A stretch of DNA of 64,000 bases from Raillietiella orientalis (lineage: Eukaryota): NCBI GenBank assembly GCA_036172245.1, contig JAYWIR010000011.1, positions 1,922,001-1,986,000 of the forward strand, given 5' to 3'. Below are positions 26,316 to 38,926 of the stretch, piece by piece. How positions within the stretch are numbered: the first letter of the stretch is position 1; each line of letters begins with the position of its first letter. The notes under the pieces were generated by a model, which did no database searches, was not told where the DNA came from, and was given only the letters and a program-made list of their open reading frames with translations. The translations under genes and the position numbers were made by a program.

Positions 26316-26620
26316 AAGTTCATCCTGGAGCGACCACCGGCACGCAGACCGGCCTCCAAAAGGTAGGGAATGGAGGGAAGGGACAATAAATAAATAAATA
26401 AAATGATGAGAGGATGGGGACAGGGGTCTTTGGTCGAAGATGTTCCTTTCCTTCTAGAAGCGGCTCCGCACGGTGGCGGTCTCCCTGGCGACTTCTTCTG
26501 GAAGATGAGGCCACCTTGCTGCTGTCCTCATGAGGGCTGCTGCCATTCTGGTGGCCTCTATTCGCGTCCGACGCGTGGAGGAGGGGTTAGCTGGAAGACT
26601 GGTGCGCGAGCGTCCGGTTG
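26189..26620 (-). mobile_element. LINE family X, short 3'-end copy
   Basis: ccaccttgctgctgtcctcatgagggc and gcacgcagaccggc match 18957-18982 and 18757-18770; end motif aataaacgtcccggcgtctccggg on minus strand; contains an A-run of ~31 nt. Confidence 0.7.
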
Positions 26621-27084
26621 CGCACGCGCAGCGCGAGCCTTGCTGGGAGAGAGCACGGCGTTTCGGTTTGTCTTGAGCCTGCACTCTCGCGCGTGTTGCG
26701 TGTGCGTGTGCGTGCAAGCTTTTCCTCTGAACGCGGCTCCTTTGCCAACGTCTTCTTGTGGAACAGGTTCCGAAAAGAGCGGACCCGCGAGAAACGACTT
26801 TCCATCCCTCCCCGGTGTCACCTCCCGGCGATCGATTCTTCGGCGCGCGCGAGGGGCCCCGGAAAAGTGAAAATCCGCGCGCACCTCCGCGTCGCGCTGA
26901 GTGGGCCGCCGCACGCTCGCGCGCGCGAGAGGTTTCGAGAATGTTTTTTTTTTTTTTTTGCTTCCTCTTCTTTTCTTTTTTCTTTCCTGGGCTGTCGCGC
27001 GCGCGCCCTCCTCCGCCGCCCGTGGTCGCTCTCTCCGCGCGCATCCCCGTGCAGTTTGTCTTTCATGCGGAAGATTTCAGTTTC

Positions 27085-27370
27085 AAACAATTACTCCTCC
27101 CTTTGATGACCCCAATAGGTTCAAAGGAAGCCGCTGGCGGATCCGTAGCATGCTCGCGAGGGGGGAGAAGAAAGAAAAGAAGGAGAGGGAGAGAGGAAAG
27201 ATCAATTTCGGGAGCGCCGAAAGGATTGGTAGACAAAGTCATTAAATTCGATTGTTCAGCGCTACCTGCTGGCTCCATTAGCAAATGCACCGCGGATGGA
27301 GTGCTGCTCGCTCATTCACGCAACATCCCTCTCTGTTTGGAAGCGCAACCAACAAGTCATTGTTTGGGAG
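27085..27370. promoter_or_regulatory. Candidate enhancer (paired TCF/LEF sites, Sox/homeodomain-like motifs)
   Basis: cctttgatg 27100-27108, gttcaaagg 27119-27127, adjacent gccgctggcgg, aacaat, attgtt x2, cattaaat; motif-level only. Confidence 0.2.
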
Positions 27371-28560
27371 CACCAGCAAAGAAAAAAAAAAAAAAATCTT
27401 CCGAACGTTTGCGGATGCTGCCGGGTCGAACGCAAAAGCAAACTGAATTCCAGCATCTGGAGGAAGAAGCAAGGCAAACAAGCGCGAGCGGAATAGGTCG
27501 GGCGTCGGACAAAAGTGCACTCGAAAAGTCGCACCGGAAAGACAAACAGCCTGAAGACAAACAAAAGGACGACGTGGACGGCAACCAGAGGATCCGGGTT
27601 TGCGAGGATAAAAGAGAAGGAAAGAAAGAAGATCGCCGTGGAAGGCTCGGAAGACGGGCAGAGGAGGGAGATTTCTGCAGCAACTTCCACCTCGGCAGAA
27701 CGCTTTGCCCAGGGGCGGAGGAGAGGGTCTGACCTCGGAGCTAGGGAGGTTTTGCTCGTTTCGGTCCTTGTACCTTAGAGGGTGGGTGGGTGTGGGTCGG
27801 CGGGGACGAGGGGGGGGAGGGGAGGAAAGTTTTGCCAGCTAGCCCAATGAACGGCAGGTAACCATGGGTGCAGGTCTCCAAGGAGGCTACTGCGGTTTTC
27901 TCACGTGGCGCGTTCGGGAAAAAAAGGAAAAGAAAGAAACATGGCGGGAGGGGGGGGGGTTCCCCACGAATCTGGAATGCTATTCGGCCTCCCACTGGTC
28001 TGCCTGGACTCCTTCATCCCTGACTGCTGTGATCCTCGGTCGAGAGCGTGCTGTCGTCGTCGACGTTTCGCGAACAGGGGCATTGCACCTCGTCGGGTGC
28101 CGGAAGCTCTCCGCTGACCTGGAACCTGCAGCCACCTTACCTCCTGGTCGTTCCCTGTCTTGCCGTCACGCACCAGTCTGTCCGTGAACTTCGCTCGCCA
28201 CGCTATCCCCCCTCCCATCCGTTTTCGAACGGAACCCAAGAGGGCTTCCCTCTGTCCTCTTCGTCGCTTCCTCCTGTGCCTCTGAAAGTCCAACAATTGT
28301 TGACCTTGATGATGCATTGGGTCTTACGCAGAAATGATGACCTACAGCACGCGAGGAAAAGATGTGGGAACAAAAAAAAACTTTTTAACATCTCTTGCAC
28401 GAATGCCACGGATTGCTGCACGGCTGGGGACAAATCTCCTATCCCTACCGAACCCGAATCCCAAGCATCTACTTGGTCGGCTTTTCCAAAGACATGGGTT
28501 ATCCAGAGCGGCATCCATCTCCCTGGTGTGCTTCATTTGTGCCAAAGTGCTGACTACATT

Positions 28561-28630
28561 GTTTCTGAAGCACCACAATCAGCACAGGGACGCTTCTCAG
28601 GTGGCCTTTCTGAAGCATCACAATCTGCAT
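28561..28630 (+). repeat. ~45-nt tandem unit, inverted homolog at 29730-29835
   Basis: tttctgaagcaccacaatcagcacagggacgcttctcaggtggcc followed by a partial second unit. Confidence 0.7.
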
Positions 28631-29729
28631 GGGAAGTAGCGAGAGCTCAAAGAGTCGGAGCTGTTGCCTGGGAGGCGCATCCGGGCTGCACCAATCTAAT
28701 CTGTCTCGAAGATGAGAACTTTTGAGGGACTTTCCCAGAGCACCCGGTGCCTGTCGGAGGCTGGAGCATCCCCTCCAGGAAACATCTCCTTTGCGTTGTG
28801 CGCGCGCGCTCCACGCTCACGGGAAGTCCCTTAAAAGCGCCCCATTAATCTCGGGGAGCGTCGAAAGACTTCAGCTTCCTTCGAGAGGATTCCCAGAGGA
28901 TTATTCGGGAACGATCGCAGGGATCATTCTTAGCCGCTTTCTGCAATCCGGAAAGCGGATCAGGGACAGACGCCGGCAGCCGGTCTGCGGGACTGAGGTG
29001 TTCGCCCCTGGTTCCATCCACGATCCACGGGCTCTGCGTGGTCTCTTCTGACGCTGCCGACCTTCGGCGTCACGCCGAACGCGCCAGCGGCCATCGAAAG
29101 CGCCTCCGGACCTCGTGAAGACGAGACGATAGGAGGCGGCAAGGGAAGAAGAAGAGATGCGAGGCGTCTGCACTCCGATGGATAAAGCGCCACATCCTCC
29201 TGCTTTTCGCGCCTTCCCTTCTTCCGCCGATCCCAGCAGATCTCCGTTTCTCAGCATCGACGGCCGTTCCCGCGCTCGGGAGAAAAAACAAGGAAGTAAA
29301 GAAAAGGGAGATCAGGAGGAGATTCTACTGGTGAGAGGGCGGGATGGATGGACAGCCGGAATTCTTCCTCGATGGAGCGGGAGGAGGCGGCGACCGCTTG
29401 CTTCCCAGAAGCGGCCAACCGGGGAGCGGAAGCCGGTGGAGGCAGGGCAAAGGCTCCAGAGATGCGCTTTCCGTCGGATTCGGGAACGCCCGCCTTATTC
29501 TCCTTCCCCGAGACGCTCTCCCTGATGGAAGTTACTGACGCAGAGGATGTGGGCGACGAAGAGGGGACGTCTGTTTCCAGAAATAAACACGCCGAGACCC
29601 TAATCCTAGTGGGATGGGAGGGCAATCAGAGTTCAACGTTGCAGACCAAATCGGCGGTTCCTATTCGGGGGGAAAGGAGGGGAGGGAAGCACTGACGGGT
29701 TGTTTGTAGCAATCAATCTCGCTCATCCG

Positions 29730-29835
29730 AAGAACGCCACCGTTCTGATTGTGGCGCTCCAGAGAGGCCGTCTGAAAAGCGTCCCTGTGATGATTGTGGT
29801 TCTCCAGAAAGGCCACTCTCAGAGCGTCCCATTGC
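29730..29835 (-). repeat. ~45-nt tandem unit, inverted homolog of 28561-28630
   Basis: Reverse complement reads ggcctttctggagaaccacaatcatcacagggacgcttttcagacggcctctctggagcgccacaatcag. Confidence 0.7.
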
Positions 29836-29949
29836 AGAAGTCAAGAACCAGCACTCTTCTTTGTTCTTTCTCCGAGGTGTTAGTCACGCGATGAGCATCG
29901 TCATCGTTTTTTCTAGAGAAGAACCACTGGGTGGATCTGTTGCTACTGG

Positions 29950-32145
29950 AAGCAGCCGCGGCGGACGCGCGGAACGATGTCCGCGTTTTCTTGGTTGGAA
30001 TGCAGGCGGCTGCCCATTAGCGAAGTTTCTGGGATGTTCCGGAAAGACCTCCTCGGGCTGCCGGACTCCCCATGCGAGCATGGGAGACGGCAGCCATTGC
30101 AGGACGCCGGAGGGCTGCCTCACCGAGATGGACCGAGGCGGAGAAAGGGGTGCGTGGTGGGCCTTCCCTGAGGCACTCGCGAAAGGAACGGACAGCCGAG
30201 GGGGAGCTGTCCGAGGAGCAGAGCGAACCGAACCCCGTGGTGCAGTGCGGCACCGGTTCGGTCTCGCAGGGAAGCACGCCAAGGTCATCCGTTGGCAGAC
30301 CTCCTTCCGACCGGAGGCTGCTTCCCAAGTCGGGGGAGGAGAGAATTTTCGGAACCTCCTCCGGGCTCAGCAGTCGTCCTCCCCCCCCTTCCCCGAGCGG
30401 GAGACGCCCGGTCCTCGACGTCCTGGTGCCGTCCCGCCCATTTTCGAAGTGCATACAGCAGGTTCGCTCAGCCGACCTCCTCCCAAGAGGTATCCGCTCC
30501 CTCTGAGGAGAGGAAGTGGGGAAGGGAAGGGATGCCGCGTCCCAAAGGAAAGGTCAAGAGCGGGAACGGCGACTCGGAAGCCGAGATGAAAAGAGGAGCA
30601 CCGCAAGAACAAAGGGGGAGAAGGAGCGTTCAACCGAACCGAATGTCGGCGAGGGAATTGCCGCCGGGTTCGACGGGATTCGGGATCCCTAAGGCAACCC
30701 AGCGGTCGTTAGCGGATGCGGCGAGACGGATGCGTGTCGCGAGCAACTCCTCCAAGGAATCGAGCACTTTCGCGAGCGACGCCGAGGTCCCTCTGGCGGA
30801 GCGACGAGCGTGGGGCTCGCGGAGGAGGACAGTCTCGATGCGGCGCGCCTCCGGTGGCACCGCCCGATCTTGGGAGCCTTCCACGCGCCAGCACGCGCCT
30901 CCTAGCCAAGAGACTGACCGGCTGCGACGATCTCATCAAGGCCAACCATCTGCCGAGGTTGATGACCCAGTGCAGGTATCGTCAATTCTGACAGGTGGTC
31001 GCTTTGGTGCATCTCTGCGATCGGCCGGCTTCATGGGTCCGCACTGGAGCGTAGAGGGGGAGATCCGCGGCTCGAGTGCGAGGGGATGGTGTTTCTGCCT
31101 GTCTGCGACGAGGCACAAGCGCTCGTCAGTCGCCCCGGGAGATCTCCACCGACCCGCGCAAGGTGCTGTGGGCCTCGTTCGATACCCCTGGCCCCCAGTG
31201 CTGCTCTCCCTGAGGGAAGAAAGGGAAAAGCGATCTTCCGGCAAGGCGAGAGGTGCGCTGCAACAAAAGAGAAACTTCTGAGTGCGCGGACAACTGACGG
31301 ACGCTGCGATCCCGAGTGTCCTTCCCAAGGACTTTCACGCTGGGGCGAGCTGGGTCACGCCATCCCTCCGGGAGGACATGCAGTGGCTTCCGACGTGCTG
31401 GAGCAATGGCACTCTTCTCCTCATGTGGCGAGATTTGGCACTTCGCATCGGGGAATCTCGTGCGAAGAGAGCGCCTTCACCAGTGGACCCGGGGGAGGGT
31501 GGGTGCGGGGAGAGGGATAAAGACCCTCTCGCACCTATTGCTGGACTGTGCTGCCTCCGACCCCTTTGGTGATCGCCCAGCAACGACCTTTGGAATCCCA
31601 GCGGTAGGCAACTGGGACGTTTTCGAACACCTCTCCGTGCGCGCGGAGCACTACCGCCAACCGCGTCCCTCTCAGCTCCCTGCCGTCTTCTCGGGATGGC
31701 GGCGGCCTGGAACGCAGGAAGAGGAGGGCTGGAATGGAAGGGACTCCATCCACTGGGCGCGAATCTTTCCGAGGACTGCTGAGGGATGCCCCTACCTGGG
31801 CGACAACATCCGGAGCAATCTTGCCAGCACCCCGGGCAGGATGCAAGAGACGCATCGCAGAGAGCAAGGATGTCCCTTCCTCAATCTCCCTCGCTCCCTC
31901 CTTCCCCGAAAAAAAAAAAACTTCCCCGCCCTTTTTTGTTTGTTTGTTTGCTTTTTTTTTTTTTTCGTTTTCGGTCCTCCTTTTTCCTTTGCTGACGAAG
32001 TGGACCTTGCCGGTCTGAGTTCAGGTATTTAACAGGTCAACTGTGTTTTTATTTACCATGTGGTAGAACCACGTGCCCTACCACATAAATGTGTGTGTGT
32101 TTTTTTTATTTTTTTTTATGCCCGGCAACACAGAGTGGGAAACCT
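29950..32145 (+). mobile_element. LINE family X, decayed copy
   Basis: HWSVEGEI (~KWEVSCEI), RLHQWTR..TLSHLLLDCA, GWNGRDSIHWARIFPRTAEGCPYLG..LASTPGRMQET, T-rich UTR, end motif gcccggcaacacagagtgggaaacc at 32120. Confidence 0.75.
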
Positions 32146-33397
32146 TGGGAGCCGCTCCTCCCGGTTCGCAATACATCGCGGTCTCCCGTGTTCCCCCATG
32201 GGATGGGGGCTCAGAGGTCCATCCCTCGCAAACCGCCCTCCCCCTCTTTCTGGACTGGTCTTCGGAAGCTCTCCGCTTCCGGGAAGGCGGGTTGGGGCGA
32301 GGAAGGGCTCGGAGGGAAAGGGGAGTTTCCCATCCTCCCCCCTCCCTCTCCGAGGAGGGGCGGGAAACGCTTTTTCGAGAGGGACCCCGGGAAGGACCCC
32401 TCCCTCTCGAGCAGCAGCCGGCTGGCCGGCAGGCCGAATTCCCTTCACCTCGACCTTCCTCCTCCTTCCCTAATCAGAGGCGAGAGAAGAGGGATCCCGG
32501 GAAGCAATTCCGGCCTCCGGGAGGCAAGAGTTTGTCGCCCGTTCCGGCACGGAAGAGCACGGCGTCCGCGCGCGTCGACACCGGGCGGCGGGAGTTTCCC
32601 CAGTCAGAGACTCTCTGTCGCTTCTTGTTGCGCGGATACTTCAAGGGTCTTGCCGAACCCGGTTCGTTTCCTAGGCGACCTCTCCTCCTCCGTGAAGGAG
32701 AGGGGGAAACGAGCCTGAAGCCCGGACCAGGAGGATTTCGGTTTCGAGGCGGCCGCGCAGGCGCACCGTCTCAAAGACGCCCTGAGGCACTCTTTGCCTG
32801 GGTTTTGTCCTCCGGACACATGGGGGCTGAGGAAAAGGACTCGCTTCACCTCCCAGCGCCGTCTCCAGGGTCCCCTCCGCCCCTCTCCCGCTCCGTCCTG
32901 GGGCGGTGGAGCCTCGAGTGCCCGAGTTTGCCGCTCCGGAAGGGTGGCGCTACGAAACGGAAGGAAGTTTCTCGCTTCCTGGCAGCTTCCCCTTCTCTCG
33001 GACCACCAGCCGGATGCTCCGCGCAAGACGCCGTCGCGGGGACGGCGCATTCTTTTCTCGCGCGTTTTCCCGCCCAGGAGGAACCCCATTCTTCGCTACG
33101 GGGAGAGTGGAATGGTGGCGGGTCGCAAAAGCTCCGGGAACCCTATCCCGTTCCTGGCGTTCTCGTTTAGTTCGCTCGCGCTTCCTTTCCGTGCTCGGGA
33201 GGGCGTGCTGCCGAAGGGTTTGGGGGGGTTCGCGAAGTGCGGAAGAACCGTCCGCCTCCTAAGGAGAGACTCGGAAAGCCTTTTGACCCCACCCTCGTCA
33301 CTCGAAGGTGCGTGTGTTGTCAGTTAGGGAGTAACGCTATGAATCCAGGAAGACTCCGGAGGGACGAGTCCGTTCCTCTTACGCTTGGGAGGGAACC

Positions 33398-33480
33398 CCT
33401 AAGGGAACGCTTGCCCTGGTTGTCTCCGTAGGGCATCCCAAAGGTAACGCTCGTCCTGGTTGTCTCCGAAGGAAACCTTT
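33398..33480. repeat. 40-nt tandem repeat (2 units, decayed third near 33630)
   Basis: aagggaacgcttgccctggttgtctccg at 33401 and aaggtaacgctcgtcctggttgtctccg at 33441. Confidence 0.75.
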
Positions 33481-33844
33481 TCCTTATTTACTCCAGAGGG
33501 ACCCCCTGGTTTGTGGGGGCCACTCCTCATTTCTTCGAAAGGAACCCGGGAAGGATCCAATCCTGGAATTTCTTATCCGGAGAGCATCCACTAGAGAATC
33601 TCTCCCTGTTTCCTTCTCTGGAGAGAATCTCGAAGGAACGCTTCTGCATTTCTCTAGAGGGCATTCCAAAAGGGAGCAGCGCTCTCCTTACACTCTGCCG
33701 AGACCACCTCTCAGGTATCAGCCAGCTTCATGGTATTCGATGGAGGTATCCCTCCGAGAGGAGGGGGAACAGCTCCATTTTCACAACCGGAGGGGAACCG
33801 CGAAAAAGTCCTTGATTCCTGGAATGACACCTGAGGGTCATTTT

Positions 33845-34047
33845 CCAATCCTGGCCAATCAACGGGACACCCGGTTTCCGCCAGTGCCTCACCCGAGTAG
33901 GCAAACCAACGTCATCTTGCGGGGGGAGGCTCGAAACTCACGACGACGCACCCCCTGTTCTCTGTGTCGACCCTTCCCCCGGTGGGATTCGAACCTGCGA
34001 CTCGCGGTGCCGCGCGCACGGGACACAGCCGCGCGGCCGCCAGGAGA
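33845..34047 (-). mobile_element. tRNA-derived SINE, copy 2
   Basis: B-box GGTTCGAATCC on minus strand at 33985-33995; gcgcggcacc..gggggaagg.tcgac..agaac..agatgac..tcgggtg..cactg..ggaaacc..tcccgttga shared with copy 1. Confidence 0.75.
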
Positions 34048-34390
34048 GCAGATCGGCAGGAACGCTTGTGATTCTTCCCAAGCTCCAGTCGGGCGAGCGA
34101 GCTCCGCCAGTTTGGAGTGCTGCCCACCTACTGAGGTCCGAGCGGAAGGGGGGCAGGCGCGAACGGGATCTGCTGCAACTTTGCGGGGCGGGCAAAGGCT
34201 TCACGCACAGTGGCGCGGCTTAGTTGCAAGGGAGTCGGGAAGCTCTGCCCGGACGCCGCAGTAGGTTAGAGGCGGATGAACGCGCATCTCTTCGCTTTAC
34301 TTCTTTCTAACTCCGGCAGGTACGAGTCGGAGAAACCTCTCCGACGGGCATTCTGTCCTCAGCAGCGGCTCTGCTTCTGGCTGTCCGCGA

Positions 34391-35965
34391 TTGGTTATCA
34401 CCCGATAGTGCTGGGGCGTTAATTATGAACTAAACATACATGTGTAAGGCCATCGGACCTACATTGTACGAAAATGCTAGGAATCTGCAGAGTAACTAGC
34501 ACGCAGGCCAGCGAGGTTCGCCTCGGCAGAGGAGAGGGACGGGGGGCAAATAAAAATAAAAAATAAAAGTCAATAGGAAAAAAAAAAAAACTTTGGAAGG
34601 GTTAGGGAAGGAATCACAGTCCGCTGGAGGGCGTCCTCTGCATCCTTTCCAGGATGCCGGCAATTTCCATCCGATCCCATACTGTCCCAGTATGGGATCA
34701 CCTTGCTGCCGTCCGCAGGAAGGGCAGAGCGAAGAAGATGGCGTCCCTATCGCGCCATCCTTCTCTCACGTAGCTCCAGGCCGGCGCAATCGCGCGTAGG
34801 CAGCAGCAGGCAGGCAGGCTGCTGGGGATGCGGCAGGTGAAAGGGCATCGCGCACGAAGAGGCATCTCTGGAATTGTCCGTCGGCGCCGCAAGGGCCGTT
34901 GCGTAACGCAAGCTCAGGGACCGGAGGGCAACACGGTCAACGAGCAGGTGCGGAAGGGATTCCCGCTACCCGTACCTGCAGCAGTTGGGGTCCACAGCCC
35001 TCCAGGTCCAGTGAGAGAGGCGGGAGTTGCATGTGAATCCCCAGCAGAACAGCAGAAGTGCCGACTGCTGCTACTTCTGGAGGAGAGTCCGGTTGTTCTT
35101 CAGCATTGGGGGCGGCCGCTCGAGGGGAATTTGTGGGATTTTGTGTTCCTGTGGGAATTCCCAGCAGCTCACCTCAGGGCAATAGTCCTTTCGGTGGGTT
35201 GCAGAGTTGATGAGCTGGTTTGTGGTCCAAGCACCTAGTTCGCTCGTCTTCCGATTGATTTCGCAACTGACCTCCCATTTGTCCAGCTGGTTACTGCCCA
35301 AGTGCTTCCTGAAGAAGTGCAGTGCCTCTGCTAGGGAGGTTGTTTGTGCCTACGCACACGTGGTGGACTGCACGGTGATGTCCTGCAGCGAGCGGTTGTG
35401 ATAGAAGGGGTGCAGCAGTCGCTGCTGCACCCGCTCCGTTGTTCCTGGCCCACGTGTGGACGCTTTCCTGGAACCAGGCACTACCGTTCGCGGGAAGGGA
35501 GAAAATTTAGTTGTTGGTCCTGGTCAGCTTAGGCACTCGTCGGAGCTGCATTCCGCAGGGAGACTGGTTGCGTCTGCGCCGCCAGGAACGAAGACGGTCG
35601 CGCGTGGCGGGTGGCTCTCTTGACCAGGTATCGTGCGGGCTGGCACCAGTTTGTGCTCCAAAGGTTTGCCACTGGAGTCATCCTCCTCCACTGGAGCTGC
35701 CGTTCCAGGTGCTACAGCGTCAGCAGGAGAGGCCTCCATCTCGATACGGAGCGCACAAGTCCTTCAGGCGGACACGGAGCCTCCCTGTGCCGCATAGGCC
35801 GATTCTCAGGGGTCCTTCGTCCGCCTTTCAATCTATTGAGTGGGCTGTCAGCATCAAGCAGAAGGTGGAAGAGGGGGCCACAAACGTGTTCCACACTGTG
35901 GCCCGTTCCAGAAAGAGAAACCATCTTGGAAGGGGACGATCGCCGACTCTGCCTTCTGGAGGCTG
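34391..35965 (-). mobile_element. LINE family X copy; 34448-35768 near-identical to 18705-20025
   Basis: Direct sequence match at constant offset 15743; diverged homology continues on both sides. Confidence 0.9.
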
Positions 35966-37099
35966 AGACCTCGAAGGGACGCGATGAAGGCGCCCCACGC
36001 TACGGCCCTCTCAGTAGGTCGGCCGCCGCGATCGGAGTGTCCCGGAAGAACTCACCGGACGTACCTCCTTCCAAGAATCTGAGGGATGCCCCGGGATGCT
36101 CCCGGCCAAGCCACCGAGGCGACTCCAGGTCGCTGACCCGGTCGCCGGCGCCCCCGCGAAGGCGCTTGAAGGGCGTCCAGGGCGAGGCCTCCGGGGTCCG
36201 TGCGTTAGGCAGGAGCAACGGGTCGCCGGCCAAGTCGAGGCTAGCCGGGAGGGAGTTGGCAGGAGCAGCATTCGGTGCGACCTTGCCCGCGGCCCCGAAC
36301 GTGGGGACGTGCTCTGAGAGGCTCGCCGATGCAGGACTATCCCCTTGGACCGGGAGAGGGCTCCATCACGGGAAGCTCGGCTGCGTGTGCGCGCCCAGGG
36401 AGTCTGACCCCGGAGAGTCGGGGTCACATCCAGGATGTGACCGAGGGACGTGCGCCATCTTTGCAGCTGGCCTGACGAGCCGAAAAAGAGGAAGGAGAGC
36501 TGGGACGAACGGCCGGAGCAGCAAGACAGAAACGCCGCCAGGAGACCAGAGTCAGGGGGAGGGGAGGTCGAAGGCAGCATCAGGAGCCGGCTCGTCCTGG
36601 AAGAAAGGAGAGATGAGATAGACACGGGGGAGGGGGGATCTCCAGGAGGGTTCTCCTACTTTCCCAGAGTTCCTCCAGAAATGGCAGGAAGGGCTAACGT
36701 GACGAACTAGAGGTTGCGGGCTCCTTGGGATGCTGCAGGAAAGACCATTCGGCGTCACGGACCACGGATTCCGGGGGCGAGCCCGCTCATTGCCCCGAAG
36801 GTGCGGGGCATCCCATCGAGAGCGCCGGCGCGAAGGCAGGTCTACCGACGGACCGGCCGTGGAGGTGCAGCCTGGGGGTGGAGGCGGGATCGGCTGAGTT
36901 CCCTTTCGGAAGAGCCGCACCCCGCGTTGGCTCCCAAGCCTATGCACAAAGAGAACCGCTCCCCTCTGCCTTCCAGGAGATTCCATAAGACCGAAAGTTC
37001 CGGAGCCGTTCCAAGGTCAGCGGATTTTCCTCGGAGCCTCTTCCCCGCCTTCTTCTCCGGGAGCTGCTAAGGGGAGGCGTCGTGAGACGTGGAGGTAGC

Positions 37100-38056
37100 T
37101 ACCTCCGCCTGCGGCGTCTTTCCCTGACAAGTTTTGTGGTGCTCCTCTCGGCTTCCGCCGGAAAGATGCCTCCGGGCAGGCGGCCTCCGACAACACTGCG
37201 CAAGAACGGGATTCTTACTCCCCCGTCTGCAGAATGATCTGCTGCAATCCAGGAGGGTGATGCGGACGCCCTGCAGGATGGGAGGGACGCTCGGACGCTC
37301 CAAGGACTCCTCGAACCCATGCTGAAGGATGCTGTGCTTGCGATACTTCGATGGTCTGGTCCTGATCCTTCCTCACCGCCCAAGGGAGGCTGGAACCCTC
37401 CTCTGGGGACCTTCAGCTGCTGCCGAGGGAAGGCAGATGGGGGAGCTCCTGCTGATCCTGGAGGTCCATCTAGTCCGGATGAGAATGCCTGTAGCACCTG
37501 CTCATGGATTGTGTTGCCTTCCTTCCTATGTGGGAACTCTTTGCCGGTCCCTGCGGATCCCCAAGGTCAACCCCAGAGACGTTTCAAAGGGCCTCTTCTT
37601 GCATGACGCCCTCAGGCCGGCCGCATCCCTAGCAGCACTTTGCTGCCTGCGTGGGATCGTGGCTGCATGGAACGACGCCAGAGGATAGGAAAATAGGAAC
37701 GCCATCTATTTCGCCGTCCTATTCCTGAAGACAGTGTCAAGATAGCCCTATCTGGGAACAGTACAACAGGAACTTGCTGGCATCCTTACAAGGATGCAGA
37801 GGACACCCTCCAGCACGCATTGATCCATTCCTGAACCCACCACTTTTCCTTTTTTTTTGAATTTTTCCTTTTATTTTTCTTTTTGTTTGTATCTCCTTCC
37901 CCTATGCTGCCGAGGCGACCCCGCTGGCCTGCATGCCAGATCCCGGAAAGTTCCTTCTCGTATTCGTAATTAACGCGGCACGTCCTACCACAGACGTCCG
38001 ACCACGTGTATGTTTATTTTATAAATAAACACCCCGGCGTGACCAGGTGCCAATCC
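37100..38056 (+). mobile_element. LINE family X, 3' portion
   Basis: HLLMDCVA, LAALCCLRGIVAAW..NRNAIYFAVLFLKTVSR*PYLG..ELAGILTRMQRTP, ctgccgaggcgaccccgctggcctgc, aataaacaccccggcgtgaccaggtg. Confidence 0.85.
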
Positions 38057-38926
38057 AATCCGGGTCGCCCGTGGGTTCCTTTGCTGGAGTCAGGCAAGCG
38101 CGGATGAGGGGCAGGGACCAAGTGGACACTTTCTTTCCGTATTCTCGGGAATATTCGGACGGAGGCGGTGCCAGAGCGCGCGGGCAGGAGCGCGGCCGCT
38201 GTCGTGGGGCAACAACCCCACTCTGTCTCCCCCCCCACGATCGGCCGACCGAAGGCGCGCGCGCTTGGTAAGCTTCCAGTCCTGCTCTACCGGAGGTCCG
38301 GGAACGGGACTCGAGGGCCCCCGCTGAAAGCAAAGTTCCTCGACCAAAGGTCCTCACGCTTTTCAATCTTGCTGCTGCCCTCCTCGAGGGAGCGATGGCT
38401 TCGTCTTCGCTTTCCTCGGCCGTCCGCCCTCCAGAGCTCCCACTCCTCTCGCTTCTCTCCAATCATTCCGAGATGAGGACTCCTCGGACCGGAAGCGAAA
38501 TCGCTCGGGCTCCCTGGTGGCGGCTGTGCCCAGGAGTGGCGGTGGAGGCCGAGACAGCGCGGTCCTCCGCGTGGTCCACTTCTCCCTCCTTCCTGGTTCC
38601 ACCGCTGCTGGAAGCAGCGGCACTTCGAGGTGCCTCGGCGAAGACACTAGCCCGGGATGTCTCCGGCTCCTAGGAGGATGGCGTCATAGCCCTACGGAGT
38701 CTCCAGGGAAGTCCTCACTCCGTTCGTAAGCGATCGTCTTTTCCAGCTGTCCCCGTCTGCTCGCTGAGCTCCGAGGGGGAGGAAACGTCACGGGAACGGG
38801 AACGCGCACTCGGGATTCCGTCGAGGCATCCGGGAACTTCCGGAGTCCTCTTTCTTCTCTGGGAGTCGAGCTCGCAGCGCGCGCGAGGGAACGGAGAGAT
38901 CAATCCCTGAAGGAACGCGAGGTGCG

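Noticed and set aside
29884..31870. Apparent minus-strand endonuclease/RT motifs (PDVVAQ, LLGDH, etc.)
   Set aside because: The plus strand aligns far better with the family X 3' region; the minus-strand motifs are chance resemblance
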